Source: Cercozoa sp. M6MM (lineage: Eukaryota > Protista > Endomyxa: Ascetosporea). Taken from it: a stretch of 64,000 bases of DNA. The stretch is from the NCBI GenBank assembly GCA_040357565.1, contig JBDODJ010000003.1; one strand, written 5' to 3'. Positions 1 through 14,065 of this stretch are shown here, one piece after another. Under the pieces are notes generated by a model. It had not been told where the DNA came from, did not search any database, and worked only from the letters and a program-made list of their open reading frames with translations. Every line of letters begins with the position of its first letter. Positions within the stretch are counted from its first letter, which is position 1. Made by a program: the position numbers and the translations under genes.

Positions 1-253
1 GCACCACATGTGCGGTGAGCGAGTGCGAACGTCCGCGATATATAGCGATACGGATATACGACCGACTCGGATATCGCGCGCTTTGAGCTTCAAGTTTGTA
101 CTATATTCAACTTCGCGTCCGGCCATCGCTAATAAACGGAGCGACAAAGACCGCCTCTTTTTTGTTACTGACGTATACGGTGCGGTGAAGCTATTGTAAG
201 GAAGTCAGAACCACTGACCGCGCACCAGCCACCACCACGCCAGGGCAAGGCAA

Positions 254-1881
254 CTACTCAGCCCGAGTTTCAGTGCGACCGCATTGGTACAAGTCAGTGC
301 GACGCTGCTGTAGCACCGGAATCTGCTGTCGCACGACGTCGACGCGAGACAGGTCGATGTCGACAATGCCGATTTCCTCTGCACAGACACTTGTGTACGC
401 AAGGTAGACAGGAGGCTGACAAGGTACCATCATCGCCGAGTTCGAGAATAACATCGCCCCACGGCGAAACGACAGTCGAATGACCCCATGACTAAATTTA
501 TACCTCGATGTGTCTGATATCCCCCCGTGTATATTGTCACTGTACATGGTAGGACGACTCGGTGTTTAAGGCAGGCGCACACGCCATGACGTAACACTGC
601 TCAGATAAACTGATAGCCAAAGACAAGGCAGGACAGAAACGAGGCAGTAGTGACCTGTGTGTCAAGTGCACGCGCTCGCAGAAGTCTAGAACACAAGGGA
701 TATCGCATGCAAATTGGCAAGGAAACGATAGAAGAGAGTACAGCTGCCAGTGCGCCGGTCCGGTGGTACGATTGAAAGCACCCGGGAAGACCAGTGCCTT
801 CACAGTTGCATCTTCTCTCGTCTGGGCTGCCAACACAGAAAACCCAAGTATACAGAGTGACGGAAAGAACTAAAAGGGCGTACCCAACGCAAACTCTGGG
901 AAGCGCAGGTCGTAGCAGATGCCAAAGCCGACCTTGGCTCCTGAACACAGACAACATTGCTGGAACAGAGGCATTGCTGCAGGTATTACGAACCGTCAAA
1001 GGGAGAAACGGCGACGGTCATAGCGTCACCGGCAGACAGAGAATCACTCTCGCGGAAGCGCATCGGCTTGATGCCACGTGCCTCGTCGCCCTGGACAAGG
1101 GAAACCAAGGTAGCGGGTCCAGTCAAAGTAAAGCAGGCAGAGAGGTACCTTGACATCGATATCGAACAGGTGCACCTTGCGGTGCTTGCACACGAGATCG
1201 CCTTCTGTGCCAACAGGCATACTTGCCTCCTGCATACCTCCAGGGGTAAGGATGAGTGTACCCTCATTCCACACCGTGAGCGTGTTGTACACGTTGCCCG
1301 TTTCCTCGCACTTCTCCGGGATACTGCCTCTGCACATTAACACACAAACATTTTACGAGGCAATCAAAGACACCAGAGGCAACTTACCCAACCAGCCAGA
1401 TGTTGTGCGCATCGGCAAGACGCGACATGAGGCCACTCGACATGCACTGATCTCGGATCTCTGTATGCAATGACACAGTAACGCACAAGGAAGCAAAACA
1501 GTCAAGGCCCAAAACCATGCAGATGAATCTTGTCTTTCGGAACGACCTACGTAGATTAACATACACACCGCACAGCATAGAAGAGTAAATCAAAGTACAC
1601 CTCTGCATACTCGGCAAAGGCGGAAGTGTCGTACGGCGAGTTCCAGATCTCAGGCAGCAGCACCATCTGCCCAATGTTCACATTGGAACAGTAGCTGAAC
1701 TCACCTTGTGGACCCACACACCTCCGCTCCTTGGCTGACAGCGCGCTCCACGAGTACTTCCATCTTCTGGAAGTTCTGCGCTTTGGAGCTACCCACTGTG
1801 GGCACAAACCAATCCGCATGCAATCCAGAAGAAGTAGGACCAAAAGATACCCTCCATCTGGACCAAAGCGACGCGCACCAT
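254..1881 (-). CDS. NIT2: Nitrilase-superfamily omega-amidase (NIT2/Nit3-like), multi-exon
   Basis: Spliced reading MVRVALVQME..., VLLPEIWNSPY (catalytic Glu), GSIPE, KHRKVHLFDIDV (catalytic Lys), FRESDSLSAG, PWGDVI, DIDLSRVDVVRQQIPVLQQRRTDLY*. GT-AG introns of about 55 nt restore the frame. Confidence 0.9.
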
Positions 1882-2216
1882 ATTCTTGTTGTTTCTGCAA
1901 GATTAATTCAAATATTTAGTGCGATCAAAAAACAACGAAATAAACTCACACTGCAACCGAACTTAAAACACGCGCTCCCGTTCTCAGCATGTTGCTTTTG
2001 CACGTTGAGAAACTCGGTAGCAACTCTTAGGAGCGCCGACCAGCGAAAAGCAATAAAACAACGATCACGATCGCCGTCGTCCTGCATAGAGGCAAGGACG
2101 CCTATCCACGCGGGTGCTGTAGGTTAGTTGAGTGCTGCAGCTGCTGATTATCAGTGCGATGAGCATAAAATCCAGCATGAAGATATTGAAGTTGTATTGT
2201 GCATTTTTAGTGTGAG

Positions 2217-3570
2217 ATGAGCTACGAACCGCCGCAACTCGACAACGACAGTGCTGTGAACCCGTTTGGGGCCGCCCCGGCTGAGGACCACCTCTCTCCT
2301 TCGGTGGAGCGCACGGCGGTACAGGATTTGTTTTGCTCGTTGTAACAACTCGCACCGTCCGTGCCACACCCTGCACTGTTGTAGCCACTGACGCAAGCTT
2401 CACAGAGCACGCTGAGCGCCAGTGAGCGCATGCGACGCTTGGAGGCCAAGGTGTGTCACTGCATTCGTGAACTGAGTTGGAGAAGTTGAGAAATTGCGAT
2501 TTTAATCGAACAGGAAGCCGAAATTAGAGCGCGAGAGGAGGACTGCAAGCGACGTGAGAAATACGTACACTCTGTTTTTCGTGCTCCTATCTATTTGTAT
2601 GGTCCGGTGCGTCTGCAGGTCAAGAAATTCTCGATCAAGAATTGGCCGAGATGCTACCCGATTTTGTATCACAGCATCGATCATGAGGTACATTCAAAAG
2701 CCAGTTTGGTGTCGCACACACACACAGATTGAGTGTGTTCGCAGATTCCCCAGCAGCACCAGAAGCTGTGCAAGCAGTTCTACTACGCGTGGATTCTGCA
2801 CATTGTTGTGTTCGCCCTATCACTCTGTACTCTCGTTGCCTTTTGCCCTTGCACGTACTTCTATGCCTCGGTGTGTTGCTGGCAGGCTCGGTGATTGGCG
2901 CTTGGGTCGACCGCGAAACCTGCGAGAGGTATGCTGGCATTAAATTACACTTCGAACACTCTGCACGCTTGTTGTGTGTTCGCAGTTGCGGCAGCAGTGT
3001 CTTCCTGGCCGTTGTTTTCCTGTTGCTGGTGTGTTGGCATCTCTGACCTGCTTCTCTCTGTAAAGTGGACACGTGTATGTGCTGCAGGTGCCGTACCTCA
3101 GCTGGAAGCTCTGGTACCGCGGTATCTACAACATCCTGAAGCGCGACTCGCGCAGTCTCTCGGCCTGGGGACCTTGGCTCTTCCACTCGGGTGCGTCCTC
3201 TACCAAACCTTTTACTCCTCTCTCTGCCCTCTCTCATCCTCCCGTCACTTCAGTTGTCTTCCTTGGCTTCATGATCTTCACGTCGATCGGCATTCCTGGC
3301 ATGGGAACCACGGGCCTCATCTTCATGAGCAGCTCCATGAGCAAAGTCAAGACCTTCACCAACATTCTGATGATCAGCACCTTCTGCCTTCAGGTACACT
3401 CCAACGCTCCACGCCTCCTGCCTTAATTAATTCTTTACCTCTCATGTCTGTACCAGGTCTTTTTCGACATCTTCTACTCATTCTCTTTCTTGCGTGCATA
3501 CCGTATCTACCGCGGCAAGGGCTACATCGCCGAGTATGACCCGGAGCGCGCCGTCACAGCGGCCGTCTAA
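2217..3570 (+). CDS. SCAMP: Secretory carrier membrane protein (SCAMP family)
   Basis: N-terminal NPF motif (SAVNPFG), coiled coil, NWPRCYPILYHSIDHEIP, LSWKLWYRGIY (E-peptide-like), four hydrophobic segments; stop TAA at 3568-3570. Confidence 0.88.
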
Positions 3571-4038
3571 CCAAAGTAGTTTTTAGCTCATGCGGGACCA
3601 AGACCAAACTGAAGACCTACCACAGTATATGCGTCTCTCGATTCAACGGCTCGGGTTTAGTTGAAACACAATCAGATTACCCCCACTAAACTCGGCTTAC
3701 TAAGCTACTGAACGAAGCTTCGCACCATTGCGCTCAAAGACATGCCAAAATTGGACTATACGTCAAGGCTGCTTGGCGGCAAGTCCAGCACTCCACCCTG
3801 CAATTTCAAGACAATTGTTGGATGCGATCCCCCCAGTCGAATGCTCTAATATTGCCATCAGTATAACTTAAAACGCGGCGAACATGATGTAACGAATGTC
3901 AGAACCCAGCGAACTGAAGCGCAGCTGACAGTGACGAGAATCGCAGTTGTATAAATGTATAGTAGCAGAGCGGGCCAAAACTCGGACGGTCCAGACTGGA
4001 AGCCACGAGAACCGAGCCTGGGGAAGTGTGAGCTCGAA

Positions 4039-4969
4039 TTAGATGAGCTCGATATCACCACCGACCTCCTTAAGCTTGTCGGCGAGCTCCTCGGCCTCGG
4101 CCTTGGGCAGGTTGGCCTGTTGTTTTACAAAAAGGCGCGTCAACATCAAGGTGCGACACAGAGTGTACAACAAAGGGTACCTTGACCTCGGCGGGAGCAC
4201 CCTCGACGAGCGCCTTGGCCTCCTTGAGACCAAGACCCGTGATGGCACGGACCTGCGTGAACACACAAAACACATCAAACCTGCGTTCCTCAACAATGTC
4301 ACCAGACACGAACGCACCTCCTTGATGAGCTTGATCTTCTTGCCAGCGTCGAAGCCCTTCAGCTGCACGGTGAACTCCGTCTTCTCCTCCTCAACCGGGG
4401 CCTCCTCGGTCTCTGCAGGACGCACAGCACATAGGACACACGGCACCACGTCCCCGGAAAGATGGCATACCGGCCGCGGCAACCGGCATGGCCATGGCGA
4501 CACCACCAGCCAGCGCGCTGTCCGGAATGTTCAGACGCTCCTTCAGACCCTGTAAACACACATACTTATACAAAATGTGTCCAGAGGATAGCAGCGAAGG
4601 CACCTCGACAAGCTCAGCGACCTCGAGCAGGTTCAGCTTGCACACATCGTCCACGATGGCCTGGATGTGCGGCGCAAGCACCGTCGGCTCGGCGGCGGCC
4701 TCGCCCGAGAACCATCGCCGCCGCGGCCTGCTCATAACAACAACATCGTGAAACAGAAAACCGCAGCAAAAAACAAAACGAAAAAAACCAACAACTCGAA
4801 AATAATCTCAAAAACTTCGGCACACTCATATTTTGTGCCGCGTGCGCCACACATTAACCAACGCACTGCGGCAAATCCTGTGGCGCACCAGGCTTCCGCG
4901 AGATGCAGACACAACGCACCTGAGAACACTGCGCGAGATACGACGCGACGCAAGACTGGCGAACGTCAT
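4039..4969 (-). CDS. MRPL12: Mitochondrial ribosomal protein L7/L12 (bL12m)
   Basis: Arg/Ser-rich presequence [90 protein letters not shown]. Confidence 0.93.
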
Positions 4970-5330
4970 CTGTGACTTTCGTTAAGTTCGTGTGCAGACA
5001 CGCGAGGGAAACGGCCTGGTGCAGCTCTTGGCCAGCGCGGCAGCGCGGCATGGTACAGCTCGTACAAAAATCGGTCAAACGGACAGCCGCCGCATCCTTA
5101 ATTGATCTCTGTGGCTTCCGATCAGGTATTGTTTCTCACCGAGGCTCCCCTGAACGCTTAACAGAGTCGTGGGAGCGAAGGATCGCGAACGATCGAGCAG
5201 TTAACCTTGTCCGTCTCTCGGCAGCGTACGTAGAGCGCTGCACTGATATATCAACAAATCGAAGAAAACTGCTCTCGGTTGCCCCAATCCGTAGCAGTCG
5301 CCAAGCAGGCGTGCGTGTGTGAGTGCTGAG

Positions 5331-7660
5331 ATGGTTCAGGTCGAGCAGTGGCCCGGATCGGTATGCTTGAGTTTTCTGTTTCTAGTGTGCCTTTTGCTGC
5401 CAGCCAGAAAACAGTTGGGCAACTGTTGGTGCTGAGAGCCTCTAAATCTGGTTCTGTGGACGTAGATCATCCGACGCGGCTGGTTGTCGAAGCGCGGCGC
5501 AGTGCGTAAGAACTGGAAGACGCGTTTCTTTGTGCTGCGGCGCGACGCGCACACCGTGTCGGTAACTGGATCGCTGGGGGGGGGGGGGGGGGGTACGGTG
5601 CATGTGTCTGGTGTGAGTAGGTGCACTATTTTAAAACCGAGGACGATGCAGGCGATTTGTCGCATCAGCTCGGTAGCTGCTTTTCTGTCTGTGTGTATGT
5701 GTGTGCCTGTTTGATTGTGCTTGATGTGCAATGTGTGTTAATACAGGCAGCTGGAGCATGCTCGAAGTGAGCGATGTCACCGTGTTCAGCGACAAGGACG
5801 ACGGCGAGCACACCAAGTTCGCCCTGGTAGCGGGTTTTACACACTGGCTATGTTGCATGCACACTTGGTTGGTCCAGGCACTGGCGACGCCCGAGCGAAC
5901 GTGGTTTCTCTCCTTCCGCACCAACCAGGTACATGGTTCTTGAGGCTGTATGAGGGTAACTCATTCGTGTGTGCGCAGGAAATGCTCTCATGGGGACGAA
6001 CCTTTGGTGAACACTCTGCGAAGAAGCAGGTACACTCGTCTATCACATGTTCCTCTAGTTTCCGCATACACAGGCATGGTGTATGCACAGGAGACAACAG
6101 TGTGGTCGACGTTGCGACAAGTGCTACTGCAGGCCGAATGTGCTGGTACATTTTGGACTGACTTCGTCCGTTCATTTAAACACATATATGGACATGCGTC
6201 TTTTCACATGGACAAACACTACTTGTACTGTTCAGCGGCCTTAACCGAGCTCGAAGTGGCCGATGCGCGCCTGCTGTTGCGAGCCAGAGACATGCGTCTG
6301 GTCGATGCCCTCGTGCGGTCACAAACCGACGGCTACCGTCCATCTGTACGGCTCACTTGTCCTGCTGTTGCATTTTCTTACATAAGCGCGGCTCTCAAGT
6401 AGGGCATTCCAAAGGGCGAAAAGGAACTCGAGCGGATGCGCGACAATGTCGACATCGTCACTCTCTCTGTACTGCCTTTCTGCCCTTGCTGCATGATTAT
6501 ATCTTTAGACCCCATGCGTTTGGACAGGTCATACTGCGCCGCGCGTTGAACAAAGACGCCGCGTTTTCGGCCCCTTCTGTCGTTGTGGCCGGCGAGGACC
6601 CTTGTGGCCGTCCGAGTCTGCGACTGGAGCACGCCATTCCTGTAGCTGCCTTCCCTGTGTTTCCTGGTGCTTCTGGCATTTAGATTTCCTCTTGCTTCAC
6701 CGTAGGTCAGTACGATCCCAGCGCCACCTACAGAGAAACACTCGCTTGCCTCGCGCACTGGTTACTTGTGAATATAAATATTGCATGCAGATATATATGT
6801 ATATATATATATATATATCAGTGTATGAGTAGGCGTGATCAAAACACCAGTCAGTGGTCCTCTGGACAAGCGGTACCCTTGTGCAGCTCTATGTTTACCT
6901 GTCTATCCATGAATACCTGTGTGCATAGGGTAAGGAGAGGCAGTGTGTTTGACGCCGTGTGTCCAGCGCGCGCCTCCCGCGCACTCAGTGGCGACTTCTC
7001 GCCGCTGCCGCCCAACCTGTACCTTCCCTGTATGTGTTTGTGTGCTTGGCTGCAACTATACGATGCGAACTTGACTTTGTGCAGACTCCAGGCCAAGAAG
7101 GGTCGCTCGCGATCGATCTTTGTCGCACGTGCTGGCGTACCTTGTTCCTGTAGTGTGATGGCGGTGATGCACACGAACTCATGAGTATACTGCAGGTGGC
7201 CGAGCCGCGCTTACTGGTGGCAGTACCCGATGCCGACAAGTTGCCGCCGCCCCCACCACCACCTGCCGATGACCCGGACGCTACTGAGGAGGTAGTATGT
7301 TCAAGTCCTCTCATCTCTGTAGGGTTCTATGTGTTGTTGACTTAGGTGGAAGACGAAAAGGAACAAGAGAACACTCTGCGCCCTGGTAAAAATAGTCCTG
7401 GCTACCAGGTATCATTTCGGCGCGTTGTTATTATGTTTGTTCTGTGTCCACGCAGAAGCTCCGTCAATGTCGACGTCGCGCGAACCAACACCGCAGCCAG
7501 AGGAAATCTAGCTCAGCTCGTCGCGCTTCATAACAAACTTATCCTTGCCTGACCTGTCCCCGAGTCCAACGCAAGTCGGATCCGTTGTTTTCGTTTGTTT
7601 GCGTTAATGTACTTGCGTTGCGTCCGTTCAGTTCCGAGCGAAGACGACTCAATCGAATGA
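5331..7660 (+). CDS. PH-domain protein with uncharacterised, proline-rich C-terminal region (3' end approximate)
   Basis: Spliced MVQ-IIRRGWLSKRGAVRKNWKTRFFVLRRD-VHYFKTE...ATPERTWFLSFRTNQ-EMLSW is a classic PH fold. Downstream exons are bounded by GT-AG but were not recognised. Confidence 0.75.
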
Positions 7661-7760
7661 CCTACTGCGACACGTCTTGATCGATCGAGATCGCCACGGC
7701 ATGGCGCGGCGCGGCCCGGTGACAAGTCTCGCGTGCACGCATATCTTGCAGCTTACTAAA

Positions 7761-10535
7761 TTAAAGGAGACTAACGACATGATCGCTGTCGTTTGGATCC
7801 ACAGCGGTCCCGACAGGCGAGTATGCCGGTGGTGGCCGGGGCACTCCTCGAGTTGAAGCCAAACTTGCGCTAAGACTGACGCCGTCTGGAGCGGTCGAGC
7901 TGGCACTAGTTTTGTGGAGCTCAGTGGGTTCGGCGAGTGAGTGCTCCTCAACGACTTTGACAAACTGGCCGGACCCACTCACGGGCAGTGCTGGAGGAAA
8001 CAAAACCATACAAGAACCCTGAATCCACAAAACACAAGTGAAGGTACCTGAGTCGGTTTGCAAGAACAATCCCTCGTCCAATAGATTGACATTCGTGCCT
8101 TCCGACTGGCCGAATCTACACAAAGACACAGAGAATTCGATAAAACATCTCCCCCGCCTCTGCACACTTAGCGAAAAACGAACACATCAGTCACGCTTTC
8201 GACACGTCGGAACATCAAGCAGTCCTTGTCGCAAAAGTCGAGTCCACCCGCGATATGTCGCAGCTGGTCATCATGTCCAATCTGACGCTTCACAAGACGT
8301 TGCATCGCGCGGACTCGCGCTTCCTGCGATGTTCCAGCAGACACAACCGTCTTGATTGCCTTCATCAAGTCCTACACGACATCAATAGAAATAAAACACG
8401 GGGGGGGGGGGGGTAGACACAATACAACTGGGCAGTTGAAGACAAGTAAGTGATGCGACGTGGCTGCAAACAATTGCATGCGGTGGTGACTCCACAGGAA
8501 TGAACACGGCAGATCGAGTTTCGGTGTGTGTCTCTGGTTGTCTTTGTCCAACGTAGAGGCTGTCCGAGGTACAAACCAGTCGGCCAGACGCACAACGTCC
8601 AAGTCGGAGGTTACAGCAAACAGGCTGATACTGCTACTCATCGAAGCTGTCACGACGTAGCGACCGTCGGGTGACCACGTCGCTGTCAGTGGACGTGATA
8701 GCATGCTCGGACTCGGCAGTGGCCGTGCCTCTCCAACCAACACTTGTTGCGGCTACACAAATCCCCTTGTTTATATTCCACTCCGTGTTCACCGACTTCT
8801 GAAAGTACCTATACCTTTTGCAACTTTTCAAACATCTCCTTCGGCAAGAGATTAGTGCCGTTGTCTTTGGCAGATTGAGTTGCATTAACCCTTGCCCGGG
8901 CAATGGCCTCCTCAACAGCCTCGTCTGCATTGACATCGAACTCGTTGTTGGACTCGAATTGAGTCGTGTCTACATATGGCACTAATGTAGTGGATGTGCG
9001 TGCGCGCGCGCGCGCGCGCGTGTGTATGTGTGTGTGTGAAGACAGGTACCATAGTACTCGGGCGCAAAGGCAACAGGTGCATCACACTCGGCTGCAGCAA
9101 GAAATGTGTCCAGAAAAGACACAGAAAGCGTATGAAAACACGATGGCAACACACCAAGCATGACATCACCGTTGCGCAACAGCACGTCACGTTGGCGAGT
9201 CGAGTCGTACACGACAATGTCTGCCGAGCGTGTGCACACGAGGAGTCGATGTGGCGAAGAGAACTCGAGGTGAGTGTAGAAGGCACGGTCCGGCGGCAGG
9301 CACAATGTGTGACACGCGAAGCTACCGCGGTTATGCACAAAGTCGTCGACGGCCAACAGGCGCAGTTGCCTGTCCGAGGCTACGCCGATGCAGGTGCCAC
9401 TTGGGTCGAAACTAGCGGCGGCCCACGGCGACACGGCGGCCCATGCCACACACTTCGGCTGCCGCAGCTGCCACAGTCGCATCGTGCCGTCGCGCTGTTG
9501 GTATACACACCATACCTCACACCCGTACCATGTACATGTACACACATACAGGGCTACCGATGTGCTAAGCAGCAGCTGCTTGCCGGGACACTTGCTGAGC
9601 GACGTGACACATGCAGAGTGTCCGAGCAGACAGTCGGTAACGGTGTGCGAGGTCAGACTGACCAGGAGAATGACACCATGGCCACATGCCACGGCAAGAC
9701 TCTGCTCGGACACAAAGACGGCAGCAAGAACTACACGTGCCGAAGAGTGCATGCTTTCGTCAAAGGCGTCGTCGAAGGAGAGACGGCACAGCACGAAACC
9801 GTCAGTGGCACGGTGTACGAGTACCTCAGTGCCGATGCTCGTGAGCACACGTGATCCTTTCGGACTCACGTCGAGTACACTCGCAATTCCTTGGGGTCGC
9901 TCGTCGGGCTCTTCGCATTCGAACGACTGCAACGACAGCGACGGCGACTCCAAGTTCTCCGACGGTTCTGAGGCCTGGTCAGCTGACTGCGACTTCTCCT
10001 TCTCAGTGCTGCCACTGGCATCGGCAGCTTTCGGCGATGCGACTGTCGGTCTCTGTTGCAGAGAGACACAGGCACATAGGGCGAAACTTGGCAGCGGCAA
10101 TGCGCGCATGTGCTGCTCGTGCAGTTTCTTTCGTCGCGTCGACAGAAAATCCGTCAGTCGAATTCGCTTCGCCTTGGGCTCCATCGATGGAGCCTGAGAC
10201 ACAAACAAAAATCAAGATGTGTTTTGGCTTAGTTTTGGCCGAATAAAAAGAGTCGTACTGGTTTTATGACAACTGCAGACGACGGATTTGAGCCGACATC
10301 GCTGACTGCGCAAGAGCGAAGATGCAGACCCCAGTCACACTCTCAGAGGAGAAAGCCAAAACGATACCAGTGATCTTTGCCGCCTGTGACACACGCGGTC
10401 GTTTTCGTCGAACGACCTTACGTTTCACTATCTTCTGTGCATAACGTACAACAAGGAGAAGGTGTCACAAACTGCACAAGTGAAGCTCGTTGGGACTGAG
10501 CTTTTTTGTACCGCGACAGATCCATCTCCACTCAT
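7761..10535 (-). CDS. WD40 protein, divergent WDR82/Swd2-like, with N- and C-terminal extensions
   Basis: LLGHSACVTSLS, RDGTMRLWQLRQPKC, AASFDPSGTCIGVAS, YTHLEFSS and LTATWSPDGRYVVTAS follow the order of WDR82 repeats as I recall them. Basic N-terminus KIVKRKVVRRKRPR (NLS-like). Confidence 0.65.
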
Positions 10536-10705
10536 CTTAAAGCCACCAGTGGCATACCACGACTATATATAACCTTTTCTAGTGAGTGTCGTGGTGTCTA
10601 GGCTTCAAACTGCCGCCAAAAATAAAAAAGCCCCACAAAAACAGTACGGTCAACCCGACCGCTGATATGGGCAACGTAAATAAATCGAAATATCGTTCAA
10701 GGCGA

Positions 10706-11223
10706 CTACTCGGCGAGCTTCATCTTCTCGAGGTCGTTGTGAAGGCGCACTTCCGTGGTGAAATCGCGCAGCACGTCAAAGTAGTGGATGCGCGAGGTTC
10801 CACGCGCGGCTTCGTTGAGCACGTTGATGAGCTTGGTATGCGGCGCCACAAGGTGCAGTTTCACCGGAAGCTGTACGTCCACAGACTCAGCATCGAGCAG
10901 CGCGTGCAGCTGCCGGTAGCAGTAGCCCTGCTGGATCTGCTGCAGGGCCTGCCGCAACAACAACACACATACATATATAAATATATATAAATATAAGGGC
11001 AAAGAGGTAGTACGGGCATGTCGGCCACGAGCACAGTGGCCGCGAAACCGCCGGCACGCTTGCGGAACCAGCGGCGCACCCACACGCAGTAGCGATCGAC
11101 GAGTCGCGGGTCCAGTTGCTCGGTGTCGTTGACGGCGCACACCAGCATACGTCGCGGCATGCGGAACTTGGCGTACATTGACACGTCCAGCTGCACACAC
11201 ACACACACACACACATGTGCAAT

Positions 11224-11258
<35 letters not shown>

Positions 11259-13118
11259 TAGATGGACAGATGGGTGGATGGATAGATGGATGTATGGTAC
11301 CTTCTCAGCAACTTCGGCGAGAACCTCGCGCACACCAAGCTGTCCGACAAAGTTCTCGAGGTACTCCTTGTGCTCCTTCTTGTTGGCCTCCTCAAACAAC
11401 TTTTCGTGCGACCGGTAGTCTTTCTCGGGGTCGAACTCGCTCACTCGCATGAATTCAATAGCCAGCTGGCGTTCAAACTCTTCCTTGTCCTGTGGGAAGA
11501 GGGTATATCTGAGGGTACACTAGGGACAAGGTACAGCGTTATACCATAGACTTGGCATCACGCATCATGCGCGTCAGACTGATCGGAATGACTTCGCGCT
11601 GGTACGACAGCGCAGCCGTCAGCATCACCGGGTCCTGCGACGCGAGGCACACAAACTTGGGACCCGAGCGGTGGAAGCCTTCCACGTCACTGCACGGGGT
11701 AGGTACAAGTGCATCCCACCTCGCTCTCCAACACAAGATACAATGCTTACGGTCTTTGCATGCCATAGGTGTCCTTCTCGGCCTCGGCAGCGTCGTGTCG
11801 GTACTGTGCAGGGCTGTCCAGCTCGTTGGTGCTACCATACAGGTGCGCATATCTATGTATATATTGTGTGTCGAGGTGAGTACCCGTGTAGTCTGGCGAC
11901 ACGTTCGCACACCTTGCGCAGCTTGTCGTTTAGATGCGGCATCACTGTCTCTTGGTGCTGTTTCCAAATACACACAACATACACACAGACACTTGCATCA
12001 CATATATGTAAACATATATATACACATATCTACACATACACACAGACACACAGACACAGACACAGACACACAGACACACAGACACACAGACACACAGACA
12101 CACAGACACACAGACACACACATACACACCTCCTTGGAGAACAACATGCGGTAGTCGCGCGTCAGATCAGCGCCAAAAATCTTACTGCACACAATAGTTC
12201 AGACATGACATCAGCAAATGTCTTAACCCAACGGTGTCTCGCCCAACAATGTCTTACGGCAGAACGTCGCTTTTCTCGCAGTAGGCCAGCACTCGCATCG
12301 GCAGCAGCTGCTCGATGCTCTCGATTCGCTCCTCCGGGAAGAGCTCCTTCACGCGCAGATCGAGCGACTTGCGCTGCACGCTGCCAGGGAATGGTGAGTA
12401 ATGGAAGTAAGGTTAAACGGAAGGGGGCAAGGGTAAACACATGTGTACTTGGCCGGCAGCAGGTCGTAGAGATCGATGCGGCCGTCGACAACGTAACTGA
12501 GCGTACGGAAGCTGGCAATGAGGAAGGAGCGCACCGTGCTGTCGTGGTCACAGCCGTGGATGACCCAGTCGAAGTGACGAGAGTGGTCGTCCAGCCACTC
12601 GGACAGACGGTTCCAGTGCTGCTCCAACGTCGGAAAGAACAGGCAGTTGACGCGCCGGTTCAGCTCGATGCGGTTGCGCACCGGCAGCGGCAGGTCCTCC
12701 TCCCCTCGCAGCTCCTTCTTTTGATGTCGGGCCAGCTTCTCGTGCTCGTCAAAGATGTGGATCATGAATCGGGTAAACTTAGTGTGCTTGTCCATGCTGG
12801 GGCTGTCGCCAACCACCTCGTACAACATGGCTTCGTACTCCTCGTGCCCGTGAACGTAAGGCATCAAGTACGGCGAGACAAACCAGGCCTGTTAGGCATA
12901 GTGCAGTGACATTACACACCACACACACACATACACACACACACCACAGAGATGAGTATAGTACCGCCAACAAGCCCGCACAACTGGCACCCACCATCTG
13001 GGCCACGGTTTTGAAATCCTCACTGCAAAACGCTGTGTTCGCGCCGATCTGATTTTTTATTGCGTTTTATGAGGTTGTACCTGTCCGAGAGGCGGAACTT
13101 GGGTCTGGGAACACTCAT
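10706..13118 (-). CDS. Hypothetical protein with an N-terminal hydrophobic segment
   Basis: Consistent spliced frame MSVPRPKFRLSDSEDFKTVAQMVGASCAGLLAAWFVSPYLMPY... ending NDLEKMKLAE*. GC3-rich codons. No family recognised. Confidence 0.7.
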
Positions 13119-13475
13119 GGTGCAGCAGTACACGTCAACACAGAGCTGCAACTGCGCACTAGTCTCTGGCAATGTTAGCGAGCCACCTCTTCATCAGCTG
13201 AGCCGAACATTGAGTCCAGCCAGCATTATTTGGACAGGACACGCGACAAAACGAGAAGTTGTTTTGGCGGTCTTTCCTTGCCTGACGTCGTTCTATAGCA
13301 TCTACCCTGTGTGCAGGTACTGGATTGTCAACCATATGGTTGGTCGGAGCCATGCTTTGCTTCTGGCACCTGTTTTTGTTTGTTTGTTTGTTTGTTTTTT
13401 TTAAATTCAATGCCACGCCTGTTGTGCAGTGTTTACGAATCGCACTCACCCAGACAGAAAAGTTTCGCTAGTACC

Positions 13476-13890
13476 ATGGCTGAGCAAGCACAGTTGAGCA
13501 ACTTCGTTTCGGAGATCGAAGGCCTCGTGAGCCAGTAAGTTGCATGCACCAGTTGGTTGTTGGAATCATCACGGATTGGATGTGCGCAGGCGCAACTTCA
13601 CGGGCGCTCTGGACGCGGCCTTGAACAACCCGGTGCGATCCAAGGACGCTGAGGTCAAGTCCGCCGCTGCCGCCGCAGTTGTGCGCGTGCTGGTGCAGCT
13701 GAAGGAGCCCGAATTTAAGGCGTACATCGACAAGCTGTCGACCGACAAGCTCGACACGTTGCTCAAGTACGTGTACAAGGGCTTCACCAACGCCGAGGCC
13801 GCGCCCATCATGCTCAAGTGCCACGCCGCCATCTTCGAGAAGACCGGCCACGGCGGCATCGTGCGTGTGCTGTGCGACAAGAAGATCTAA
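13476..13890 (+). CDS. ARPC5: Arp2/3 complex subunit 5 (p16-Arc), one intron
   Basis: ALDAALNNP, LSTDKLDTLLKYVYKGF, MLKCHAAIFEKTGHGGIVRVLCDKKI*. Confidence 0.93.
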
Positions 13891-14065
13891 GACTTGCCCC
13901 GTCTGCAAACCCACCGGCACGAGCGGCGACGCTTTGTCGTGTTAGATTGTTACTTTATGCCTGATTAAGTGCCTGTATTTACTCATGCTGATTTGTAATG
14001 TAGTCGTATTCAAGTTAGTTCATGCTGATTAGTAGTCGAATCAATTATTTATTTAATGCTGATCG

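Noticed and set aside
3600-3960. RT-like 'RQGCLAASP' peptide and a C/D-box-like stretch between SCAMP and MRPL12
   Set aside because: Motif spacing is wrong, the frame has stops, there is no YxDD, and the C/D candidate is too short.
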